A stretch of 64,000 nucleotides of DNA from Gracilinanus agilis (Eukaryota). Below the pieces are notes generated by a model. That model did no database searches and was not told the origin of the DNA. It worked only from the letters and a program-made list of their open reading frames with translations. A program made the position numbers and the translations under genes. Positions 25,020 through 36,412 of this stretch are shown here, one piece after another; the first letter of the stretch is position 1, and each line of letters opens with the position of its first letter. The stretch covers positions 591,631,900-591,695,899 of the forward strand of contig NC_058130.1 in NCBI RefSeq assembly GCF_016433145.1, in the 5' to 3' direction.

Positions 25020-25420
25020 GCAACACATATGTTTTAGCATGGAATACTCTTTTATGGTTGGAAATGGTGAAAGGAATTATTTTAGAGAAACCTGGGAATA
25101 TTTATATAAACTGATTCTTAGTGAAGTGAAATGAAAGACAATTTATACAAAAACAATAATATTATCAAGACAAGAAATTTCAAAATATTGAATAACTATG
25201 AAAAATGCAATGACCAATGTGGATTGATGTTGAAGCATCCTACCCTCCTCCTGACAGAGAAGTGAAGGATTCAAGATTTAGAATGAGACATAAATTTTTA
25301 GAAATGGGTAATATGGGGTTTTATTTTGTTCACACATACATATATTTGTCATTAGAGCTTTGTTTTTCTTTTTTGATGAAAAAAATGGGAAGAAAATAAA
25401 TGCTTGTTAACCCCCATTTT
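25020..25420 (+). mobile_element. L1 3' end fragment
   Basis: 'atggaatact..gaaacctgggaa..tataaactgatt..agtgaagtga..aatgcaatgacc..gtgaaggattcaagatttagaatgagacat' resembles a marsupial L1 3' UTR. Confidence 0.75.
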
Positions 25421-28400
25421 TTTTTTGTTTTTAAGTTTGATTTCCTAAACTTAAAAAATAAAAAAAAAACTATTCACAACATGGTTAATTCCTTGTTTTT
25501 CACAATAGGGGTAGAAGTGGAAGAAGAATTGTGCCAAAAAAGATTGGTGACTGAGCCAGGAATAGCTGCTCACTCGTTATCAAATAAGGTCACCAAAATA
25601 TTAAATCAATAGACTTAGAGCCCCTTCTTCATTTGAGGTTTCCGTTACTTCTGAGAGGCTCTTCAATCAAAGGGCCTAGTTTTGGATTCATGCAGAGCAG
25701 GTTAAATCCTTATTAGAGAAATCTGACCCCTCTCTTTAGTGAATGGGCATACATTCCCTTCAGCAAGAACCCAAAGCACAAGTGTCACCAAAAGTGATCC
25801 AAGTGCATACTCAGCCCTATTTCTTCCCAGCTAATCAAACAATCCTTGCTTCAGACAATATATACCTTAACCCCATACACCAACAAAAATTGAAATACTT
25901 CATTTAAATCCCTGTAGTAATAGTCTGTAAGTTAAGCTAGTTACTAGGGTTGATGTTGAGCAAAATTATGAAGTGGGCAAATCTTGTTTTCCAATTCCCC
26001 AGCCTCTCAGGTCCTGCCCACTATGTTTATCTGTGGACCATTTTCCACCCCTTAAGCACTCAATTTCTTCTGACTCATCTCCCTTTTCTTCAACCCCTTC
26101 CCATCCTTAATCCCACCTTTCATCAAAAGAAAACAAAACAACCCAATTCATCAAAACTCATTCTGAGGAAAGTATGATGTCTTTCATACTGACTTTCAGT
26201 ATTGAAAAGGTCCAAAGTATCAACTTTTCCAAAGGATTAAAAAACAAACAAACTAGGGACTCAGCCTTAAACCAAAGAAATAATGTTCTAATGGTAGAAC
26301 TTCACATATTAGGATGGAGCAAAAGAGTTATATTTGGGGGCAACAGGATTCTTCTAACACCCCTGAAATTATGTCACATAGGTGATTGCCTATACTGCTT
26401 TTATGTCTCCTCTTCCTGTGTGACTTTAGGAAAGTCATTAATGTGTCTCAGCATCAGTTTTCTCACCTATATAATGAGGAGGTTAGACTAGATGAGTTTT
26501 AAATTCTCAGATATTACTCTCAGGTTCTCATAAATTCCCAGATAACGTTCAGATAGAACAGCTCAAGTATCTGAATAAATGAGCATTCTGGTATATCTTG
26601 TGCATAGTCTACTCCGTGTCTGGGTATTTTTAAATCTAAGTTAAGATTACAGTCCTAGTTAATTCAGGTGATTAGAGTAAACCTGCTGGTTTATCACCCA
26701 AGCTCCATATTGTTAGCCTCCTATAAAGGGAAGAGGAAATCAAATAAACAAATCCCCAATTATTTTCTGCTCCAGTCTGCTTTCTTAAGGATATTGACCT
26801 TTTATAAAATGTATCTTTTTCTTCTAAGTTAATGCTCCTCTCTGAATAGAGTCCACATAATTATCTGCAAGGCTGTGTTGTTGCTGAGACCAACAAGGAT
26901 TGTACAGAATTAATTGTTACCAACTACTTAAACATATTTGTTACTAATATCTGATCCTAATGCTTTGAGCCCAGACCAACCTCATGAGTTTTGTTTTAGG
27001 AAGACGAATAACTATAAGAATCTTCTAAGAGCAAACAAAATTCCTGTTAGAAGGGGGTCACAGATGACTTTTATATAGGTTAGGCTGCCTCACCCAAGGA
27101 TAACAACCTGCTTCTTACACCCCCAAATAAATGAAAGGTACTCTTTTTATTGATACTATATTAACATTTTCTCCATCACTTGCTTTAATCAAGACAACCA
27201 ATAAAATAAATCGAGCCTTGATCTGTAGTTGGTGAATTTTCAAGATGCAAATACTTTGAAGATTGAAAATTTAGCATCGAAATTTTATTTATCATCTCCT
27301 TATCTATCAACTCCAATGAGTTGATTCAAGTTGAATCCAGCATTTTGCTGCTTTACCAAAATATGATCTCAGATTTGAAAAAAATAGCATTGGGGAGTCA
27401 CCTCTCTGTCTATATACATAAACATACATACATACCTATAACCATAGGTTGTTTTTGCTTATAAGAAGAATTAAAAGCCAAACCCCAAGAATTTCTAGTT
27501 TTTGTCTGGATAAAACACCAATGACTTATTATATAGAAGCAGATTGCTTAAATATATTTTTTCTTTATCCAGTCTCATTTCTCTTGAATGTTTTTCATTG
27601 TAAATGTATTTATTAGGAGGATTTCAAAAAGCAAAGAGTGAAATGGAGAGAGAGAGAGAGAAAGGAGGGAGGCTACTATAGGGAAAAGAATGCCTGGAGA
27701 GGTAATCAAAGGCTGGCACAGTCAGATGGAGAAACCAACTGTTTGTGAAATATTCTTCCTTGCTTGCTGCCCTTCTCTGCCACAAGGAATGGTCAGTTTG
27801 AATGGCTGTTTGACAGCATGGTATGGATAGTTCGGCTGATTACAGGGCCTCATTTGAAGGCTGTTCTGATGGGCTTCTGGAATTGTTTTTGCTTGGCAGA
27901 TTTAAAGTGGAATTTGAAAGCTTCCCCCTTCCCCCTCAACTGCATCCTCCATGTGTGTCTTAGGTTGCATACCCTGTCTTTTATATTAATTCAGTGCAGG
28001 CATTCTTTTGCTGAGGGTCTAATTTGGTTGTAGTATTAAACTCAGTTGTCAGGCTTCAGATGAAATAATAGAGTCTGACAGCTCTGATTTTTAAGCCACA
28101 TATATACATCTCTATATGAAGAAATAACATAGTACTCTCTCAATGGGATATACTGCTGCTAACAAGCATCTATGGGCTCTACCATTTCCATATAAATGTG
28201 AAATTTGACATTTGGCAGGGGTCAGTGATGAAATCAATGCATTAAAAATCTAGGAGAATGGTAATCTTTGTCTCAAAATCTCTTGATGGAACAAGGTTCT
28301 TCTCACTATCCTTTTCCCCTTTTCAGTCTATCCACTTTCATTCTATCCTTTTATTTTTTTAAGCTGATACTTTTCATACTCCAGCACCTTGAAAAAACAT

Positions 28401-31012
28401 ACTTGTGCATGTATCCACAGTGTCAAAAAGAAAAAAAAACAGGACTTAAATGCTTCGTGTACCTAGTATAACCTTCTGCACAAGAGAATATTCACTTTTA
28501 TCACTTGGAATGTCTATGAGAATATGACAAGCAAAAGAGTTAAAATCCAACTTAGTTCAATAAGCAATATTTTTTCCTCTAAGTGGAAAGGAGATTCCAA
28601 GGACTTTTTCAGAATTGCCTTTTTAAATGCTTAACATAGAAATACTAGGATCCATTTTCTTTATCAAAACCAAAAGAATATTTTCCCGGCTAGAAGGGCG
28701 AGAAGTTATCTTTACCTTTGCACCAATTTCAAGGGGTTAATTTCAAAGGTCGGCAGGGTGAGCGTTCTTTCTAGCCCATTCCCCAGTATTTAGCAGCAAA
28801 TGCTCTCTAAGCAGATAGTTATAGAGGTAAGTGTTTCTACCATAACACCAAAGGATGAAAGCAAAACCAAACAGAAAACTCGTATATTCTAGTGGGATTT
28901 ATTAAAGGAAATGGTTCAGTTAGATTGATTTTTGAAAGGACAGCAAGTATAAGAAATATAATTGCTCCCTGGGGTTGTGCTCCTTTAGGCCTCCAAAGTT
29001 CCTAGTCCCATAGCAACTGTCAAAACACAAATATAAGCAATAGCAACTGTATGAAGGTTGCAAGATGAATCTTTAATGGCAGTGCAAGTTGAGGCCAGAT
29101 TATTCTTGCTTCCATGGAGAATTCATGTTTCCAGTGTCACCTATGAACTCTTTGATCATCACTGAAGGTTTGAAGAATGTTGATTGACTAGTGTTCACCT
29201 GACTGAGCTTGTGGACAGTGTTTCTGAAATCATTATTAGTCTTTTGGTCAATTTGGCCTTGACAAACATTAAGTGCTTCCAGCAATCTTATACTTAGATG
29301 ATTTATCTGGATGGAAAGCCCATATTATTGAATATATTCAGTAACATTGTCTAAAAATTGTGTATATATATATATATGTGTGTGTGTGTGTTGAAAAGAT
29401 TGCTATGAAAGAATAGGATGAATAATATGCACCTATTACAAAAATAATGACAAAAGGGGAAAACTGCTGAACTTTTGTATTTACTAGCAGTTATTCTTAA
29501 AAGAAAATTGTTAACTCAGAAATACAGTCAAAGAAGGTTGCAATAAAATGTACCTACTGTAATAAAAATGAAAGAAATCTCCCCAAGAGGGGACAGCATT
29601 GGTAGTTTCTATATATAATAAACAATAAATGGGTTTTGTCCCCTGGAGAATTCTTACCTTAATATAAGAATTTTTATCTCTGTAAGTTCATCTATTGAAC
29701 CATACTTCTACAAATAAAATATGTACACACACACACATCAACATCTCACATCATGAGTCTTAGTAGGAACATAAGAAACTTTTTAGTATAAAGGAAGTAT
29801 AGAAAACACTTATCCAACATTCCCCGGTGTATATAATCATATGTGTTGCCAACTCACAATTCTCCTTTAGACCGGTCTTAACTATGAAAGTGTGGTGGAG
29901 CTGAATTAGTTATCCCATCAAATGGTCACAAGAGTACATCCATGAGATTTGTAGTTTGTAGTCATGGGATTCATTACTTCTTGAAGTTTGGTTGTGAGAT
30001 AATGTGAAGGAAAGTCCCTGAGAAAAAAAAAACAACATCAGCAAATCCAAGAAGCCCACAGCTCTTCCTATATTATACATTATAACTTTATCAATCCCAG
30101 GTTTACTACTTCAATCAGAAAATTATGACAACCTCTGCCACCATCACAGATGGTTGGTAAGGATACTCTGAGCTCCTTATCTAGACTGGTTTACATGTGA
30201 GGAATCTTTTCCCTTACTTCAATTGAAATAGAAAACTTTATGAGGGAAAACCAAATAAAGCAAAATAAATTACAAAGCATGGGAAAAGATCTGTTTATAG
30301 AGCTCATGATTCTTATGTCAAATTATTTTAACATTAAAATTGCTATGATTAGCACAATTTGTGGGTCATTTAGACCCAAACTTTATTATTGTTCTTTGAG
30401 TCAGACTTACTCTCACTACATATAGGCTATGTCATTGACAGAGAACTGGGTTCAGAGACATGAAAATCTGAGTTTCATTCTTACCTTATACACTTACTAA
30501 ATGTGGGACCCCTTCGCAGAGATTTGTGATAGCTACACAGCACATTTTTAAATTTAGTCTTCATTATTTACATATTCCCCATCATTTTCTTAAGTCTAGA
30601 ATTAAACCCTGATTTGAAATATTTGTTAATTTATGAAATGCAAATATTCACAATGAAAATTTAACAACTGGGTTCTCCAAATGATTGGAGCTGACTTCAG
30701 CCATAATCTTGTCCATTCCACCTCCCACTTTCCTTGTCACATAACCTCTATAAGCCCTAGTTTCTTTATCTGTAAAATGGGAATAACTATTACAACTCCC
30801 TCAAAGTATTGTATCAAAAATGCTATTAAATATGATCTATGGTGTCACATAGACATGATCCAGAAACCATAATTTCTATAAACCTATCTTCTCCTTCACG
30901 CTTGTACTCTTCAAAGACCTGAGACAGACTGTCATCTTTTCCTCTTTTAAAACTAATGGATTGTGATACCTCTTCCAATGAGATCTTCTTTCTGGTCCTA
31001 GGGATGCTTCTC

Positions 31013-31045
31013 CTTTTTTTTTTTTTTCTTTTTTTTTTTTTTTTT
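31013..31045. repeat. Poly-T tract (about 33 nt, one interruption)
   Basis: Seen directly. Confidence 0.9.
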
Positions 31046-31286
31046 GCTTAAAGCAGATTGGACTGGCTCAGATTATTAGCACATTCTCAGTAAGTGACTA
31101 TATTGAATTAAGTTACCATCTCACTGACATCCCTCGATTCCCATAGCCATTTCATTAGATTCATTCATTCATTAGATACTTTATGATGCTGATGTGTTTT
31201 TCTAGAGAATTGTCCCTAAAAGTTTATAATAGAAAGCATTTTACTCACAAAGTAATAGTAACAGATAATTCCTACCAACAATAGGA

Positions 31287-31484
31287 TATAAAGTTAAATC
31301 TTTATAATTTAAATAAAATTCTTTTTTTATAATTTATAAAGTTAAAGTTTATATCTATATTTTATTATTTACGTATTATGTGTATAATATATATAATTTA
31401 TATATATATAATATAAACTTATAATTTATATTATAAAGTTATAATTTATAAAGTTAAATCTTTATAATTTAAATAAAATTCTTT
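31287..31484. repeat. 38-bp perfect direct repeats flanking an AT-rich quasi-palindromic spacer
   Basis: tataaagttaaatctttataatttaaataaaattcttt at 31287-31324 and 31447-31484. Confidence 0.9.
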
Positions 31485-32204
31485 ACTTTATGCCAACCTT
31501 TAAGTCATTAATTTACTGATAGTTTCTTTATATAGCATTTAAAATATATATATTTAAACATCCAAAGCACTTTATATGCACACATCACGAAAAAATAACT
31601 AAAGATATTATTATTTCCATCTTACAGGTCTTTAGAAAGGTTAAAGGACTTTGTTAAAAGCACATAGCTCATAGATGTCAGAAGTAAGGTTAATCTCAGG
31701 TCTCCTGAAGTCATCTTGAACCTCTCTTTGCTATACCATGCTGCTCATTTTATTACTAGTCCCTGCTACAGTCATTCCATAAACACAGATAAACACATTT
31801 TACAACAATATTTCATTTATACTTATACCTCTATCTAGTTATATATCTATATAGTATCAATCATCTATTTATCCATGTCTAACTGTTATCTTTCTTTTTT
31901 TTCTCTACATCTCTTTCTCTCCCTGCCTTTCTGACTGTTTCTCTATTTCTCTATCTACTAGAAGAGAAATGGAGAAATGCGAATTATAGATATGTACATA
32001 CACTCTATTAACCATAAAGTCAGTAGGCTGATTTTTTTGTGGTTGGTCTATATAGAACTAACCTTCTTGTTTTATAGTCATACCATGTAAACTACTAACC
32101 AATGCTATTATTGCTACTAGAAAGGAAGTAAGTTTTTAGTCTTATGGTTCCATTTATGGGATTGTAGATCTAAAGATTGAAGGGATTTTTGAGATCCTCT
32201 AGTT

Positions 32205-32408
32205 CAGTGATGGGCAAATTATGGCCTGTGGGCCAGTTGCAGCACCCTGAAATGTTCTATGGATCTGCAGGACGTTATTCCTAATCTGATGAATACAATG
32301 AGGAGGATACAATACAATGAAACTTCTAAAGAGTTGCCTTAGAAACAGACTGACAGATGAGTATTTCCTTTTCTTTGGCCCCCTCTTTAAAAAGTTTGCC
32401 CATCACTG
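32205..32408. mobile_element. MER30-like hAT MITE inserted in a MIR
   Basis: Perfect 14-bp TIR cagtgatgggcaaa / tttgcccatcactg; 8-bp flanks ctctagtt / ttctagcc share the xTCTAGxx hAT target core; the host MIR continues on both sides. Confidence 0.88.
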
Positions 32409-33829
32409 TTCTAGCCCAATCCCCTCATTTTATACATGTAGGAACATGGACCTTCCCATTATATGCAGGTTGTAAGGGAAAGAGTCTGAATTTGAACACA
32501 AGTCCTTGGACTTGATCAAAATATCTGCTCAGAGGTAGAAAGTGGGGAGGTAGAGGTAGCCAGTGAAATTCACAGTCAATCTTAGTTTTCTGATTCTTTG
32601 CATATTATTCTTATCACAGTCTCATGAACCTCCTCTGGGATTCTGGCACTCAAAGCTTTTAAAAGATATTGCAAAATGTGTGAATTGTCAATAGTGCAGT
32701 AACTAATTGGACCATTTTGTCTGAATAGAGCCAAAAGTAACAGCAGTGCTGTGTGGACACACTCTTTGTGTCTGGGTGGGTGGTACGTAACTACTATTTC
32801 TGTTCCTTTTAGCAACGGCTTGTTTAAGGAATTTAAAGTTAAAACAATGTCTTTAGGAGAAGCAATTGATGAAAATTTAACACTACATCAAAGTCCTGAA
32901 GGTTTCTTATATGGGGAGGGGAGGATTAGTCCTGTATTGTTTTATTGATGTTCTCTTTAGTTGCTTCTAGGCTTATTTCATCTTCCTTGTGGAGGCTGGT
33001 CTGTAGAGGGAAGCTCTCATTGATGAAGCAGACTTTCCAGCAGACAAGTCAGAAGCCACAGTAGGTGTGCATTCTCACCTTCCCTTTAAGTAGGCAGGGG
33101 CCCATTCTCACTCAGCCTGGTGTTTTTAAGGATTCTGCCATCTACAAATTCCCATCAGTTCCAATTTAGAGAATTTCTGAGCCCTGATGCCAAGGGGTAC
33201 ATCTGTTCACAGGTTAATGCTGCAGATCTGTTTACTGATGGGCAGCCTAGAAGTCACAAAGACAACTGATTTCCCCTTCAACCACTAATTAATTGCCTAG
33301 TCCCTAACCACTAATTAATCTGAGAAAGAAAATCTAAAGGCCTCTTAAAGATAATGGAATTCTCTTAGGAACAAGAGGATGTAGAGATTTAAGGAAATAG
33401 AACATCCACTTTTGAGCTTAAATTGTTTATTATGTTTTCTATTGCATGTTCAAACTTCTCTTAAGTTCCAGTCCAAGACTCTTCACAGATAATGCTAAAG
33501 TAATTGATTGAAATGTGAAGAATTCAACCAACTGGTTATGTTGACTACTGGCATCTTTGCTTAGTTCACTGGGTTAATTGGTGGTTCAGTATTAACTTTA
33601 GTACAATCCCTTGTACAATTTCTCTCTGTGCCTGTTTCAATCAGCAGTAATAATACTCATCGTCAGGCAAATACTTGTTGCTAATTCTTTATGGATATGC
33701 CTTTGTCACAACTGGGGATGAGCATCTGCATAGCACAAAACAAAAACAAGAACTATCAATTTTCATTTAATTTGATTAGATAGGCAGAGTGGTATCACAG
33801 CAGAGGTATTAGATGAGATCTGTTGACCC

Positions 33830-33990
33830 CAAGAAGTTGGCAAACCTCTAGACTTTGGAGGAACCAGATTAAAATGTAATTGGGAAATGTTTAACAAAAT
33901 AAGCAAAGACATTATAACACAGATAATATTAACAGTTTTCTTTATCAATATTTGACCACAGGCATCCATTTCTATTTGACTGGATAGCTG
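33830..33990. mobile_element. Marsupial hAT-type MITE fragment
   Basis: 'gaaccagattaaaatgtaattgggaaatgtttaacaaaataa..acacagataatattaac..tcaatat..catttctatttga' matches a common marsupial non-autonomous hAT element as I recall it. Confidence 0.65.
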
Positions 33991-34119
33991 TCAAGAAGCC
34001 TTATGCATAAATTTTTGTACCTTTCACTTATAACTTTGTGACCATGGGTGAATCAATTAACTTCTCTGAGTCTAATATTACCTGTAATATCTATACTTCA
34101 GAGTTGTTATGCAGCTCAA

Positions 34120-34120
34120 G

Positions 34121-34150
<30 letters not shown>
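34120..34150. repeat. (TA)n microsatellite
   Basis: Seen directly. Confidence 0.9.
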
Positions 34151-34151
<1 letters not shown>

Positions 34152-34169
34152 TTTTTGTTTTTAACTAGT

Positions 34170-36412
34170 TACTCCTCCACCTCACCTCAGCCAAACACAA
34201 AAATGGCCATACACTTGGATTTTGCCATCACTCACAATTGTATCATTTCAGAGTTCAAGAATTCAGAAATCTCCTTATTTAACCACAAACTATTGATTTT
34301 TCACCTTTCCTTTTGCCTTCTCTTACATAAGCTCACTCTTTATTTACCCTATGACCTACAAACTCTTGACTCCTCAGGTTTCTCCCAGGATATGTCCCCT
34401 GAACTAACCACTCTTTTCTTTTCTCTCCATCCTGGCTCTTTGGTGAACCAACTTCACTGAACACTGTCCCACTATTTTCAATTCCTAGCCCCTTTGTTAT
34501 ATAGATGATTATTTCCAGGCAAGTCTCAGTCTTGGATCACTCTCACCCTTCTTCATCTTCACTCTTAAAAACATGAATGAAGATTGAGAAAATCATGCGA
34601 CCATTTTTTCTAGGTCCACTATAAATTAATGTCACATAACCTCACCTGTGCCCTTATTACTGCTAGCCAATTCCACCATACCTTGCTTTTTTGATTCACT
34701 CTCTCACTCTCCACAATGGCTCTTCCAACTCTTTTCATCCCTCCTTAAACCTCCCAAGACACCCTCACCCTACTTTCTCAGCTGAAAACCTTATCTAATA
34801 TTTCATAAAAAAATGGAGACCATTCACTGTGAACTCCCTCTTCTCTCTTCTTTATATCTTAGAAATCAGGTGCCTTCTGCTACTTTCTCCTCTGCCAACC
34901 CTATCTACACCAACAGATTGTCTCCTCTATTATACTTATTCTTTTACTTATTTTCAATCTCTCTCTTTCTACTGGCTCATTTTCCATTGACTAAAAACAT
35001 GTCAAAGTCTCCTTTATCTTGAAAAATAAAAAGCCTCACTTGGCCCTTCCATCTCCACTATCATCCTATATTTCTTCTACACTTGGTATCTAAACTCCTT
35101 GAAAAGGTCATCTTCAAGAGGTGTTTCCATTTTCCACTATCTTCTTGACACCTTACAATCTGGCTTATCATTACTATGAAACTGCTCCTTCCAAAGTTAT
35201 TAATGATGTCTTGGGTTCCAAGTCTCAATCAATTCTCATGGTCCTTGACCTCTCTGCAACTTTTTTGATACTGCTGATCACTCACTCTTCCTTACTATTT
35301 TCTTCTCTCTGGGTTTTGGGGATGGTAGTCTCTCTTGGTATTCCTCCTACCTATTTGACTGTTCTTTCTCTCTCTCCTTTGTTGGATCCTCCCCAAGCTC
35401 AGGGTTCTTTCCTAGTCCCTCTTGTCTTCTCCCTCTATACTACTTCACTTGATGATTTCATCAGCTCCCATTGATTTAGTTATGATATCTATGCTGTTCA
35501 CTCTTAAATCTTTTTATCCTGTCCCAATCTCTCTGAAAACCCCCAGCCTTGCATCTCCAACTGCCTTTCAAACATTTCAAACTGCATTTTCAGTAGACAT
35601 TTTAAAAATCAATCTTTCTCCCTTCTAAACCCTCCCCTATTGCTGTAGAGGGCAACATCATTCTCCAAGTCCCTCAAGCTTGCAACCCAAGAATCAGCCT
35701 GAATTCCTCACTGTCTCTCATTTCTCATACCCAAGCTATTTCTAAGGTCTTCTGATCTCATCTTTTGCAACATCTCTCAAACATGCCTCCTTTTCTCCTC
35801 TGACAATGCCACCACTCTGGCAAAGGCTCTTATCATCTGGCCTCTTGATTATTTCAATAGCTTGCTGGTGGGTTTGCCTGCCTCAAGTCTCTTCCTACTC
35901 CAGTCTATCCTCCATTCAGGTACTGAAATGATTTCCTTTAAATACAGCTTGACTATACCACCACCTACTTAATAAAATCCTGTTGCCTCCAGGATTAAAT
36001 ACAAAGTGCTCTGTTTAGTTTTCAAAGCCCTTCATAATCTAGCCCCCTCCTATCTTTTCAGTCAGTACCTGACATGTACTCTTCAATGCAATGACATTGA
36101 TTTCCCACCTGTTCCATGAACAAGATACTCCATCTCTCACCTCTGCGCATTTTCTCTGATTGTCCCCAGTGACTAGAATGCTCTCCAAATACGGATCTCC
36201 TTGGTTTCTTTTAGATCCCAACTAAAATCCTACCTCTGTAGGATTTCTTATCCCAACTTCTCTTAATTTCAGTGTCTTATTTTGTTAATTATTTCCTTTT
36301 TATGCTGTATATAAGGGCTTTTTGAGTCTAGGGACCCTGTTTTGCCCCTTTTTGTATCCTTGGAGCTTGGCACATAACATTTAATAAATATTTATTGTTT
36401 GATTGATTGATG
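34170..36412 (+). mobile_element. Long L2 fossil (about 2.2 kb; endonuclease end, RT remnants, 3' end)
   Basis: 'GHTLDFAITHNC' endonuclease-end motif at about 34205; RT remnant 'HYYETAPSKVINDVL..ILMVLDLSATF' (cf. L2 HSTETALLKVTNDLL..LLDLSAAFD) at 35160-35270; 3' end 'catttaataaatatttattgtttgattgattga'. Confidence 0.9.

Noticed and set aside
29060-29170. C-box-like GTGATGA on the minus strand, suggesting a C/D snoRNA
   Set aside because: No CTGA D box at the appropriate distance and no terminal stem.
34038-35628. ORFs of 140, 117, 69 and 68 aa
   Set aside because: They are decayed L2 endonuclease/RT frames plus a TA microsatellite, and are already covered by the L2 feature.
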